From positions 64,542,001 to 64,606,000 of the forward strand of contig CM060733.1 of NCBI GenBank assembly GCA_030704615.1: DNA of 64,000 nt, given 5' to 3'. Positions within the stretch are counted from its first letter, which is position 1; every line of letters begins with the position of its first letter. The position numbers and the translations under genes are program-made. Positions 51,890-63,590 of this stretch are shown piece by piece. The notes beneath the pieces were generated by a model. That model did no database searches. It saw only the letters and a program-made list of their open reading frames with translations, and was not told the DNA's origin. This stretch comes from Takakia lepidozioides (taxonomy: Eukaryota > Plantae > Bryophyta).

Positions 51890-53165
51890 GAAGAGCGGAT
51901 GGATGGAAATTCGGCACCGGATTTCCATCCGCAAGGTTGGTCGGAGAGCGGATGGATGGAGATCCGGCACCGGATTTCCATCCTGCAGGTAAGTGGAATC
52001 CCGGATGGATGGAAATTCGGCGCCGAATTTCCATCCTGCAGGTAATTCGAATCCCGGATGGATGGAAATCCGGCGCCGGATTTCCATCCAGCAGGTAAGT
52101 GGAATCCCGGATGGATGGAAATCCGGCGCCGGATTTCCATCCTGCAGGTAAGTGGAATCCCGGATGGATGGAAATTCGGCGCCGGATTTCCATCCTGCAG
52201 GTAATTCGAATCCCGGATGGATGGAAATTCGGCGCCGAATTTCCATCCTGCAGGTAATTCGAATCCCGGATGGATGGAAATTCGGCGCCGGATTTCCATC
52301 CAGCAGGTAAGTGGAATCCCGGATGATTGGAAATTCGGCGCCGCATTTCCATCGAGCAGGTGACTGGAATCCCGGATGGATCGAAATCCGGCGCCGAATT
52401 TCCATCCTGCAGGTATTTCATCGCTGAGAATTACCTTCCTGCAGGTAATTCTGATCAATGAATTACCTTCCTGTAGGTAATTCTCAGCGATGAATTACCT
52501 TCCTGCAGGTAATTCTGAGCGAGGTATTACCTTCCTACCTTCGTCGATAAGAATTACCTGCAGGAAGGTAATTCATCGCTGAGAATTACCTGCAGGAAGG
52601 TAATTCATCGATCAGAATTACCTGCAGGAAGGTAATTCTCAGCGATGAAATACCTGCCTAATGGAAATTCGGCGCCGAATATCCATACGCCAGCGATCCG
52701 ACTTACCAGCTGGATGGAAATTCGGTGCCGGATTTCTATCCATCCGGGATTCAACTTACCTGCTAGATGGAAATTCGGCGCCGAATTTCCATCCATCCGG
52801 GATTCGAATTACCTGCAGGATGGATATGCGGCGCCGGATTTCGATCGATCCGGGATTTCACTTAGCTGCTGGATGGAAATTCGGCGCCGGATTTCCATCC
52901 ATCCGGGATTCAACTTACCTGCTGGATGGAAATTCGGCGCCGGATTTCCATCCATCCGGGATTCAACTTACCTGCTGGATGGAAATTCGGCGCCGAATTT
53001 CCATCCATCCGGGATTCGAATTACCTGCAGGATGGATATGCGGCGCCAGATTTCGATCGATCCGGGATTCCACTTACCTGCTGGATGGAAATTCGGCGCC
53101 GGATTTCCATCCATCCGGGATTGCACTTACCTGCTGGGTGGAAATTCGGCGCCGAATTTCCATCC
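51890..53165. repeat. Fold-back of about 1.3 kb: a 53-bp array, a central array of GAATTACCT-tcctgc-AGGTAATTC hairpins, then the 53-bp array inverted
   Basis: Period 53 (CCCGGATG at 52000 and 52053). Orientation flips near 52540. Confidence 0.9.
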
Positions 53166-53900
53166 GGGGGCTGGTCTCTGTCGGAGAGGTGCCGGCCTCT
53201 CCGCCGCTCTGTTGGATATTCGGTGCCGAATTTCCGTCCGGCGGTTGAAATATGACGGCCAGGTGCCGACCTCTCCCCCCTCCCCAACCGCATTGGAATG
53301 GCCCCGGATTGAAATTCGGCGCCGTTTTCCCATCTGGGGAGGTTTTTATGTCGGCCAGTTTTCAGTCTGACACCCCGACAAGACTTCCTTGGGGGGCCCG
53401 GATGGAAATTCGGCGCCGAATCTCCATCCAAGGGATGCTCTCTGTCGAACACGTGCCGACCTCTACGCCCGAGGCGACTTCATCCGGGCGTCCCCTGTTC
53501 GATATTCGGTGCCGAATTTCCGTCCGGGGGTTGAAATGTGACGGCCAAGTGCCGGCCTCTCCCCCCTCCCCGACTGCATCCGAACCGCCCCGGATGGAAA
53601 TTCGGCGCCGTTTTTCCATCTGGGGATGTTTTTATGCCGGCCAGTTTTCGGCCTGACCCCCTGACACGACTTCCTTTACCTGCTGGATGGAAATTCGGCG
53701 CCGAATCTCCATCCAGGGGATGTTCTCTGTCGCACACGCGCCGGCCTCTGCGCCCGAGGCGACTTCATCCGGGCTTCCCCTGTTGGATATTGGGTGCCGA
53801 ATTTCCATTCGGGGGTAGTAATGTGACGGCACGGTGCCGGCTTCTCCCCTTCAGCCGTCATCATCCGGACGGCCCCCCACTTTCTGACTGCATACCGTTG
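53140..53900. repeat. 286-bp imperfect direct repeat (about 2.5 copies) upstream of the transposase
   Basis: GATATT(C/G)GGTGCCGAATTTCC at 53215, 53501 and 53787. Confidence 0.8.
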
Positions 53901-54112
53901 GCAGTTATTGCGCAAAGACCAGGGGCCGCATTCCGGAGACAAGGTTCATTAACACTCTGACTGTGGATTTTTGAGATAGTTGGCTCCCTGGATTTGGATC
54001 AGGCTTCGTCGCTCGGACAAATCGGCATCGCATTCATTCCCATCGCTGCATCCCCCTTCTACCAGGGAGCTTCCCCGCACTCCATCCTGGGAGTCTTGTG
54101 TGCACATCTCCC

Positions 54113-56200
54113 ATGGCGGAAAACCCGAGCGCTACAGTGTACTGCCCTCCTCACGAGCATAGAGCTTCATTTCCGTGCAGAGGGGACACCTGCCGGGTGA
54201 TGGAGAAATATCTGTGCGTTCGATACCACCTGAAACCGGGGTCGGTTTTTTTGGAGGAGGAAAGGAAGGACTCTAACGGCCTTGTTGTCGACAGTATTGT
54301 TGTGCTCCACGATGATTTCGGCGATGGCAGGGAATGGCGAGTTCCACCATTGGACAGCGTCATATACAGGGCTGTTGGGGACTTCATTTGCCCGCCAAAT
54401 GCACCTTCTATCCTGGCGCCTTCCACGAAACAATCCGCGAATCAGAGAGTGGCTACCTCAAAGAGAGAAGTCCGCAACGAAATAAATCCAGAGCCGAACC
54501 CATCCATGAAGACGAGCCAGAACCGGGTTGTTCACAACCTGTCCGACTCAGACGAGGTCATGGAAGTTCTGAGGTCGTCCTGGAGATCAGGCAAGTCCTC
54601 AATGGACGTCAGTGGAGGAGGGAGTCATATTCCCAGCACGAGCACCGCAGTTCGATCTATTCTTGAAATTCTGCGAGGGCTTCACCTGGAGGGACACCGG
54701 TCGGAGCTGGCCGGGCTGGACTACAGCAAGTTCGCAATTAAATCGGTTACATGCCTTCCCGCCGACGTCGACGGTAATATCTTCTTTGAGTTCCCTCCTC
54801 GGGCGGACTACTCGAGGGCGTCCGGAATGTTGACAGATATGGATAGAAAACATGACGGTCATCCTTGGTGCGTTACCAAAACCACCAGCATGAAGATGCT
54901 CGATGGTGTGCGGGTGCGCTACGTTGTTTGTGCGGGCGCGTTGCGGTGTTTCTCCCCAACTTGCTTCCACTTTAAATCCAGAGGTCACAGGAACGAGACC
55001 GATTGGACAGGCACAGCTCATCAACCATTTCGAGCTCAGGAGAAGGTTCCGAACTCCACATTTAAGTGTGCGCATTGCAAAGAACCACCACACTGCATGT
55101 CTGTTTGTAATGCCAAGCAGTTCTATGTGTTGCACCGTTTCCCTGACCTCACACCAGCTTGCATACACGTTGGTTCCCATTGTCACAAATTGGCGAGGGG
55201 GAACTCGCGGGAGGCTGCCCACGAAGCAGAGCAGCTCGTTCAGGAGGAGGTTAAGTTGAGATCGGGTGCCAAACCCAAACAGATACAGCTCCAAGCCGCC
55301 CATAAGATGGCATTGGCCAGAATTATGTCGGAAGACGGCTCCGATAGAGTTCCTCTCGACGAGAAGGAAATGGAGGCATTGCTGGAGTCGGTGTCCCACG
55401 TATGTTCACCGAATGTCCGAAACCACATTGTCTCATGCAAACAGAAAATTGGGCGTGGCTCGGATATGCACTCCATTCTGGAGGTGAAGCGACGATGTGG
55501 ATATGACTACATTCATGGAAGTAGGTTTCCAGGACAATGGACTGAGGCAGATCGTTGTTTCGTATTCAAAATGTCCACGTGTGGACCTGGCAGCGGCGTC
55601 GAACTGGTTGACAGGATGACGAGTAGGAACTTGTCAAACAGTTTGGTCATGTTCGACCATATCAAGTGAATTACAAATCACCAGTGGGTGACAATGGGTG
55701 CACATGTCTACGACACCCACTGCAGGATGCTAATGACAATTGCTATTTGTGAGATGAAAGGAGAGGACACACAATCGGAGATGCTTCTTTGGCAGGGAAT
55801 AAACGAACAGATGGCCAAGGCGGGATTGCCCCCTCCGAATTTCCGTGGTTTCATGGCAGACAACGCACAAGCAAATTGGGCTGCCATCCGAAGGGTGTAC
55901 GGGCAAGACCCCAATGTTCCCATGGAAGGCAAGGAGAGATCTTGTGGGTTCCATTTTCTGCAAAGCCTTTCGCAGTACACAACCAGGCTCGTGGCGCCAG
56001 ATTTCAGAGAGGAGCACCGTTCCATGTGCCTTGCGTGGAAGCGCGCTCCTACCTTGGATGATGCAGAGACACAGTTTGCATGCATACGGGCTTGGTGGAC
56101 ATCGTCAGGTGTTGTAAGGAAATCAGACGAGGGAGCAATGGTCAGTTGGCTAGCATGGTGGCATTATCGTTTCCTCCAGTTCGGCGACTATATGCGGGAG
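54113..56200 (+). pseudogene. MULE/Foldback-type DDE transposase, exon 1 (one nonsense codon; downstream exons deleted)
   Basis: Cys/His-rich WRKY-GCM1-like N-terminus (CAHC...C...HVGSHCH), VMFDH (D1), GFMADNAQANW (D2) and CGFH (CxxH). TGA at 55667 is in frame with the next ORF, likely from CGA. Donor GAG|GTGAGT at 56200. Confidence 0.8.
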
Positions 56201-56646
56201 GTGAGTTGCACGTCTGAAAATGCTAAGTCCGAACTGGCTAAGTCCGAACATGCACTGGAAAAATGGCGCTGAATTACCTGTCATGAGGGGACCTATAGCC
56301 GCGGAATTCGTTCCCATTTTTCGCCAGAGAGACCTATTACCGCGGAATACGTCGCCGTTTTTCAGGTTACGGACCCTATTACCGCGAAATTCGGCGCCAT
56401 ATTTGCACATGTCGCTGGGAATTGGCATGAGCGGAAGACGAAATATCATGAGCACAACTGTCAAAAGTGCAATTTTCCCTTCAAGGGGCCGATTAATATA
56501 TTTGTTTTTCCTGACACATTGCATTAAATTATTGTTTTTTATTGTTTTTTATTTTCGAAATTTGTACTTCTGCTCATGAAAACCGATTGTGTTACTACTC
56601 TGCTCATGCCGCTCATGCCGCTCATGCTCATGAAATAGCAAACCTC

Positions 56647-59328
56647 GGTTATATGTTGGAGGTTAACCCTGTAGTGAGAGGCCTTCAAATGCATGGCTTT
56701 AGAGCTGATGCTGCCCTTCAGATCAAAGATTCTATGTTTGTTGATGACACCTTTCTCCTGCTTCAAGTTGAGCCAGCAGCCCTGCAAGCAGCCCAATGCA
56801 CGATTGACACCTTCTGCAAGGTATCGGGTTTCAGGGTGAATTGGTCGAAACCCAAGGCTCTTCTAGTGGGAGATATTTCAAAGTCAGGTCTGGGGTCTCC
56901 CCTGTATGGGGAGCTAACTTGGGTTTGATCTGGCTCAAGGATGGGGAGTCCACCACCCTCTTGGGTCACGTCTTCGGGATTAATCTCTCTAAAGACCAAC
57001 TTCTGGGGCCCACTATAGCCAGGCTGAAGGGGCAACTAACCTTCTGGGGCTCTCGGTTCCTCTCCATTACTGGGAGGGCTCCGGTGGCTAACCAGATCCT
57101 TTTGGCCGGTATTTGGTATTTCGCCTCAACCTGGAGCCCCAGCTCTAAACATATCCACGAAATCAAAAAGTGTATTAGGAACTTTATATGGGGGGCCCAT
57201 TCGTTGGACTCTAACAAACGCCCCCAGGTCTCTTGGATTCAAATCATAATGCCTAAGAAAATGGGTGGCCTCGGTGTCTTGGATCCTGAAACCCAGATTA
57301 AGGCCCTGTTGGGGAAATGGCTCCCCAGATTCCTGAGTCCAGAAGGAGGTTGGTGGAAACTTATGGTGATAGATTCTATTTCCCTCAGTTCACCCCTGAG
57401 TTCCACTCAATGGTCTCCATCTCTAAGATGGATCACTCAAGGTTATCGTCATAAATCCCCTGGCTCTTCCATTTGGACCTCTATTTGGTTGGCTTGGGGG
57501 AGGTGCAGACCTTTCCTGCGTAAAAGAGAGCCTGCTTCCTTTTGTGAGATGCTCAGGCAACACCTGTTCATCAACAAGCCAATCCCATCAGCGGTGGAAA
57601 GGAGCCAAGCTACAAGATGGGCAGGGTGGGATGTAAGAGGGCTCTCACAGGTCTCCCATCTATGGTTCAGTACCCCTGTATCTCTTTCCAGAACTCTTGG
57701 CACCCAAAGACTCTCCGCCGGTATTGCCTCAGTTCTGTAATCAGTTCCAGACTCGTGGAGAGACACTCTCAGACAGGGCCCATCCTCTCGGTCTCTTTAT
57801 CAGTGGGTGACCACACCTAATCATCATTTTCAGGTCATGTTCAAAACGGAAGCCTCGCGTGATAACCTGGTGGGTTTCGCATTCAGGGCCCATCCGTATA
57901 CGGGTGCTCTCTCGCTGCACTCATCCGACCCCATCTCAATCCCATATACAAACACCCCACCAGCTAGAATCTACCACTGGAACTCCAAGCTCAAAGATTT
58001 TAATCCATCCCTACCATCCAACACGCAGGTTCTACCATGGTTAAGATCAGGAACCTTCATTTGGATTGGAGGCCAGTCCATCCAGGATCTGCAAATTGAC
58101 CCGGCAGAATGGCATTGGGAATTCGGGGACAAGATTTGCTCCTTCTTCAATTACACGGCCAAGGGTGCCTACAGAGCGATGCTGAAGGCTAAGCCTCTAA
58201 CCAAAAAATGGGACGACAGATGGGGCTTATTCCAATTTAGGGAGGAAAACTGGAAGTGCATTTGGGCTCTGATTTGGGAAAAATCAAAACCAGCCAAACT
58301 CAGTGCCTTTCTTTGGCAGATTGCAAATAGGGTTTTGAAGGTTGGGCAATTTCTAAACTTCCAAGAGGCTCTACTCTACAGATGCTGCCCCATTGGGGTT
58401 ATTGAATCTTTGGAACACTGCCTTCTTTTCTGTAGAGGGCCGTAAAAAATCTGGCCCTTGGTTTGGTCACTTTACAGGGTTTGGTCAAACACCGCTCAGG
58501 ACCCCATAGCCCTCCTACTAAATTACAACCAAACAACCAAGTCCAAGGTGTCCACATGCCCAGTTTTCGAGGCCCTCCGCTCGGCAACACTGTGGCAAAT
58601 CTGGAAGGCTCGTTGCAGATGGACATTAAACAATGCTTCCTCCTCTTGTACATAAATCCTTGCTTGTGTTTTCTATGATGTTACTATTGCAGCTAAGTTG
58701 GCCTGGCAAAAACTATGTGCAGAAGCAGACAGGAAACCAGAACGAAAAGATTCTCTCCTCGCCTCCTTCAGAGCATCTTGGGGAAGAGGAGGAATCATTT
58801 GTTGCATCATTGATACAGACTCCTGTACATGGGCAAACTCCATACCTGAACTCTGGAAACACCGATGGGGCACTGTCTTCGGCCTCCCCTGATCTGTAAT
58901 CGAGAGATATTAACTAGAAGCACATAAAGAGGGGATCTAAATCTACGTTGATCTTCCTCATATAGACATCTTCAGAGTTTCGCTCCTTGGCCGTTTTGGC
59001 CTGTGCTCTTACTGTTCGTCGTTCCGTTCGGTTTCCTCTACACTAGGGCACCTCTCTCTCATGGAGTTTTTCTCTGCTATGAACTAATCCCAGATTAGCT
59101 CTCTGCACTATGGGCAATTCTTGCAACCAATAATAGATGGGTCTACCAGGGTTGCATGCGTAGTCAGGTCTATTTTCTACCCTGTTCACTAATCGTTGGA
59201 ATCTCCAACACGGTCCCCGTGTGTTAAGCCTCATGGCAATTGTAAGGGTTTAATTTTTTCCCTTTTTAATAAATTTTTTGGGCCTCTCATCCCATTATCA
59301 AAAAATAATAAATAATAAATAATAAAAA
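56647..59328 (+). mobile_element. L1-type LINE ORF2 continuation (RT, zf-RVT) and 3' UTR with an (AAT)-rich tail
   Basis: SMFVDDT, SGFRVNWSK, LSITGR, PKKMGGLG, FLWQI and CC..ESLEHCLLFC motifs. Tail AAAAAATAATAAATAATAAAT. Confidence 0.9.
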
Positions 59329-59856
59329 TTGTGCAGCCGAATTATTAGATGTTTATGCCATGTATGTGCAGAATCAAGTGATCATGTTCAATATGTTCCT
59401 CTAACTTTATACTCCATTGGCCTTTTGTTGGGCCATGCCTTAAGGCAAGGATTACGTATTCACTTGGGTCTACAACTACCTTAACACTTAAAGTAGAGTG
59501 GACCTTACTGTTTAGGATCACTATGCATTTACTTCCAGGTCTACAACTATCTTAAGCTTGAACCTTAACGTTAGAAGTTTAGAGTAGGTCTTGGTAAATA
59601 TCATGGCATGTGTAACGTACACCTTTTATTGGGCTGTGGGTAGGCGAGTATGGAAATCTATAAATCTATTGGATATTAGTAAACAATCTGAATCATCTAT
59701 TTTTATTCATTGCTTTTTTATTACGGTTATGCGGCACCAACATTTGTGTAACTAATTAATCTTCACATTTAAACCTTCCAACGATACCCACATGAGAATA
59801 GTGACACATTGATCATAATCATCCACCTTATAAAAGTTTATAGAGACATTGCTTAA

Positions 59857-60897
59857 CCCCTAAACGACGAGCCGACCTGAATCGGGTCGGCCCGATTTTT
59901 CATCCATCCGTAGCATGCACGGATGAAGTCCGATGAATGAGCAGCTTGAACAAAAAATGTAGCGCGGAACGAGCTGCACACGCATGTCTTTATGACGCCC
60001 CCAACAGAGAAAAACTCCGCCGTCAGGAATTTTTTGAAGTTTGGAAATGGCAGGATTTTGGGTGGAGAGGGGGGGGGGGGGGGGGGGACGGCAGTTGACT
60101 GTCGACGTGGCAGGTGGCAGCGGCCACGCGGGTGGGATTTTGCGGCGGGGGGCATGCAGGGGTTGGAGTCGGGGGCTTGTGAGGCCCTCCCCAAAATGCC
60201 GACGAACACGGGGACAGCTCGAATGAGCTGGCCCTGGCAAATAATGGGAAACCTCGTCGTGGCCCAGAAAACGTCGTCGGATTTAGGCAAAATCCCAGCC
60301 ACCGATTGCCTGACCTGGAGGAGGCCGGAAATTTCACAAAATCCCACATCCCAAATGCAATTTAGGCAACTTTTGGGAAATTCTTGGGCAGGCTTGTGTA
60401 GTTCTTGGCCTATGAGGGACTGACCGTTGAATTCCCAAATGAAGGAGAATTTGGGGTCCCAATGGGGCCTATACCATTTCCTTTGCAAATTCTCTTTTTG
60501 GACCCCCATTCCAGTCACATACAAAGCACCCCCCCTTTCATTTTGGCAGATTCGGGTGAAATTTGGTGTGAGGGTTTGGGATTCTGTACTTCACAAGAAT
60601 ATAGCACTTTTTCTCCCAGGAAAATTTGGGATCATGGATAATTTGCTTGGTCAAACATGAACTTTTGCTTTGTTTTTTCTATTTTCAAAAAAATGCACCG
60701 TCTTCAAATGTTATAATCTCCCAAACTACACGGTGGAATCTCCCCAAATTTGGGGGGGCTTATGCATCTGCTAGGTAGGAAGCAGTTTGTACGGTTCATC
60801 CACGTGGATGAACGTTGGTGGGCAGGTAGCCACTGACGTGTGAGGGTGGGTCCTGGAATTGTCCAAAAACCCAAAAACACCTCTCGTCCTTTAGGGG
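59857..60897. mobile_element. Non-autonomous piggyBac-like element (1041 bp)
   Basis: TTAA on both sides (59853-59856, 60898-60901). TIRs CCCCTAAACGACGAG and CCCCTAAAGGACGAG (14/15). Confidence 0.75.
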
Positions 60898-60929
60898 TTA
60901 AATAACTTATCTTATGACATAGTTAATTG

Positions 60930-62680
60930 TGCCCCTGTTGCCCCTGGGGTATCGTTGAATCTCTCGAACACTGTCTCCTCTACTGCAAAGTTCCTTCTAC
61001 GCTATAGCCGGCCCTGAACTTCTACAGAGTCTGGGACCTGATTTTATCCAATCCAGTGACAATCCTGCTAAATTACAACCAAGCTCGAAAAACCAAAGCC
61101 TCTGTATGCCCGGTCTTTGAAGTTCTGAGGAGTTCCATCCTATGGCACATATGGAAAGCAAGATGCAAATGGGCCCTGGATAGGGAGAACACCTCCATCA
61201 CTGCTGTTCTATCTCTGGTGTTTTTTTTTTATCTTACATGGTTGCTAAGAAAGCGTGGGTGATTTTGCTCGCAGGTATCGAAAGAACGCCTGAACGTCAG
61301 CAGTCTCTTCTCGCCACCTTCAGGGCAACGTGGGGGAAGCGGGGAATCATCTGCTCCTGTGTTGGGGCAAACTCCTTCCTCTTGCCAGAATGCATCCCCA
61401 TCCAGTGGCAGCACCATAGGGCCCTCCTCTTCGGGGTCTCCAGAGTTCGATAAGTCAAATATCAATTGGAAGCACATCAAAGGTGGACTCAAATCGAAGC
61501 TCCACTTCCATAGATAGTTTCATATTCCTCTGATCGCTCGCTAATCATCCTCTCCCGACCTTACCCCCCCCCCCCCTCTCTCTCTCTCCTATTTCACAAT
61601 CGCTCCCTCTGTCGCGGCCCTTTGCCTTGAGGGCAGGGGGTCGGGACACGAGAGGGGCTGCCCCAGTGGTGGGGGCAGTGACGACATTAGATGCAGGGGC
61701 TGAAGCACCCTTGAGTGCCTTAGGCACTCAAGGAGGCATAGGCGCTCACTAGGTGGAGCCCCGCACACTGGATTGCGGTGGGGGTGGTTCCACGAGGGGT
61801 GGTGTTAGCATAGTGGGACTTAGTGGGGGTGGCATAGGACTCACCATGGGGGCGGAGACCTTGTGGTGGGAGTCGTGGGGAGTCTTGGGACTCATCACGG
61901 TCCAAATGGGACCGTGGTGGGTGGGCCAAGACTCACCGCGACTCATCACCGGGAATCGAGGGTTTTCTTCGCCATAAAATGGCATGGTTGTTTGTGAAAC
62001 CCCCGCGGACAGTCACAGAAGTATATATAGGGAGTAGTAACCCCGAGAACGGTGCAAGCCCGTTGGTGACCAAAAACTAGTGAGTAAGCGTGCGAGCTGG
62101 AAAGCGACCAAGGTGTGGGGAGCTATTCCGGACTGCCATCGACCAAAGAGAATTTCCACTAGGCCCAAATTGGGAGAGGGTCTTGTGGAGGAGTAAAGGG
62201 GGACCGTTATGTCCCGGTGAGCAGCCGAAGCTCCGAGTTGGCCCGATGGCCAGTTAGGGAGTTAGGTGCGCGCATCAAAGCGAGTAACTATGACTTGAAG
62301 GGGAGCTTACCGAAGTGAGGTACGCGACACCCTCCCTCTCCTCCTCCTTCACCTTGCTAGGTCTGTTCCGTTGTCATTCAAGAAGACTAGGGGCTATCTC
62401 AACCTAGGCTACCTAGTCTTATTCAAGTATTACCTACATGGTAGGCAGGGCACTCCTTGTTTCGCTGCCTGCTCACTGTTTCTAATGACATTTGTTCGCT
62501 ATGCAATTAGTATCTTGGATACTGGCTACTGTTCTTCGGGGCATCTGTCACGAATCTCATGAGTCTTTGTCTTATGGCGGCCTTTGGGCATCTAAGGGTT
62601 TAATTTTTTCCCTTCAATAATTTTTAATAAAGTTCTCAAGGGCTACCTCCCCTTTCTTTTAAAAAACAAATTAAAAAAAT
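60930..62680 (+). mobile_element. 5'-truncated LINE (ORF2 C-terminus and 3' UTR), related to 58380-59328 and interrupted by a solo LTR
   Basis: ESLEHCLLYC...LLNYNQ...CPVFEVLRS..LWHIWKARC...FRATWGKRGIIC. Shares the 3' end AGGGTTTAATTTTTTCCC followed by an A-rich tail. Confidence 0.85.
61610..62329 (+). mobile_element. Solo LTR (720 bp) of the gypsy family at 27412-30559
   Basis: TGTCGCG...CGCGACA termini. 5-bp TSD CCCTC at 61605-61609 and 62330-62334. Confidence 0.95.
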
Positions 62681-62770
62681 GTGATGAAAATGACCATAAG
62701 GAATTTTCTCAAGTGAATGTAAGTTTGATTATGCACATGAGATTGAAATGTGTAAAGTAATATAAGTTAA

Positions 62771-63590
62771 CCCCTAAACGACGAGCTAACTTTTTGGACT
62801 TTTTGACAAAACAGGTATATACCCTCTCTAAAATCGCTGTAACTACCTAACCACTAAAATCCACGTGGATGAACCGTACACGTGCATTCCTACTGACATT
62901 ATGAATGATGTGGAAAAATTACAGGACTTTTGACCGTTGTATTTGGGAGATTATAACAAAATAAAAAGGCCTAAATTGTGAAAATGCAAAAAACTAAGTG
63001 ACAAAAATGGGTTTGACCATGCCAAATTGGCATTTTCTAGATTTTTCCTGAGTGAATGGGTTCCAGATTTGGAATTTGGGCCAGTGAAGGAGTACTCCCT
63101 GCAAAAATGGGCCTGAACCCCAAAATTAGAGGGGGGGTGCTATGTATGTGAAGGAGGGGGGGTAAAATTCATTCCAAGTTGCTCTGGCTAGCTGAGGGCT
63201 TCCAAATGCCCTGAAATAGGGACTTGCCAGGAAATTCCAACGGTCATTCTATGAAGCACTCCACTGCAAAGGCCTCTGCAAAAAAAAATTGGGATTTGGA
63301 GGGAGGTTCATACATGGATGGGGAAAAGACTGGATTTCCCGGCCAACAGCAAAGCAGGCCTTCTGGTGCCGGAAACGTGCCGGAAACAATGGTTTGACCT
63401 GCCAGCTGTGCAAATCCCGGGGTTCCGTGCCCGGTCAACAAGCGTGACCACCTCCTGCACCACACAAAATGGCAAAACCTTGCCACGCCATAAATTCTAG
63501 CATGCAGGGAATTTATTGAATCCCTAAAATTCTTGCTGCAGCGTGTAGAGGACTTGGATGGGCCTCTAGACTGGATGGACGTCCAGAATT
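62771..63590. mobile_element. One end of a second piggyBac-like element in the opposite orientation (other end not found; right boundary approximate)
   Basis: TTAA followed by CCCCTAAACGACGAG. The interior matches the reverse complement of about 60705-60815 (ATCCACGTGGATGAACCGTACA, TTTGGGAGATTATAACA). Confidence 0.65.

Larger units (their letters stand above)
48480..56646 (+). mobile_element. Mutator/Foldback-like transposon copy D: both termini and TSD present, internally deleted, carrying transposase exon 1
   Basis: Imperfect TIRs GGGGGCTGCTATTTCATGAGC and GAGGTTTGCTATTTCATGAGC. TSD GGTTATAT(G) at 48472 and 56647. Removing the element restores the LINE frame DTLGYMLEVNP. Confidence 0.92.

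Noticed and set aside
48740-53960. Many ORFs such as MEIRRRISIH..., WKFGAEFPS... and poly-K/poly-F
   Set aside because: They are translations of tandem palindromes and poly-T tracts, open on both strands, with no evidence of coding.
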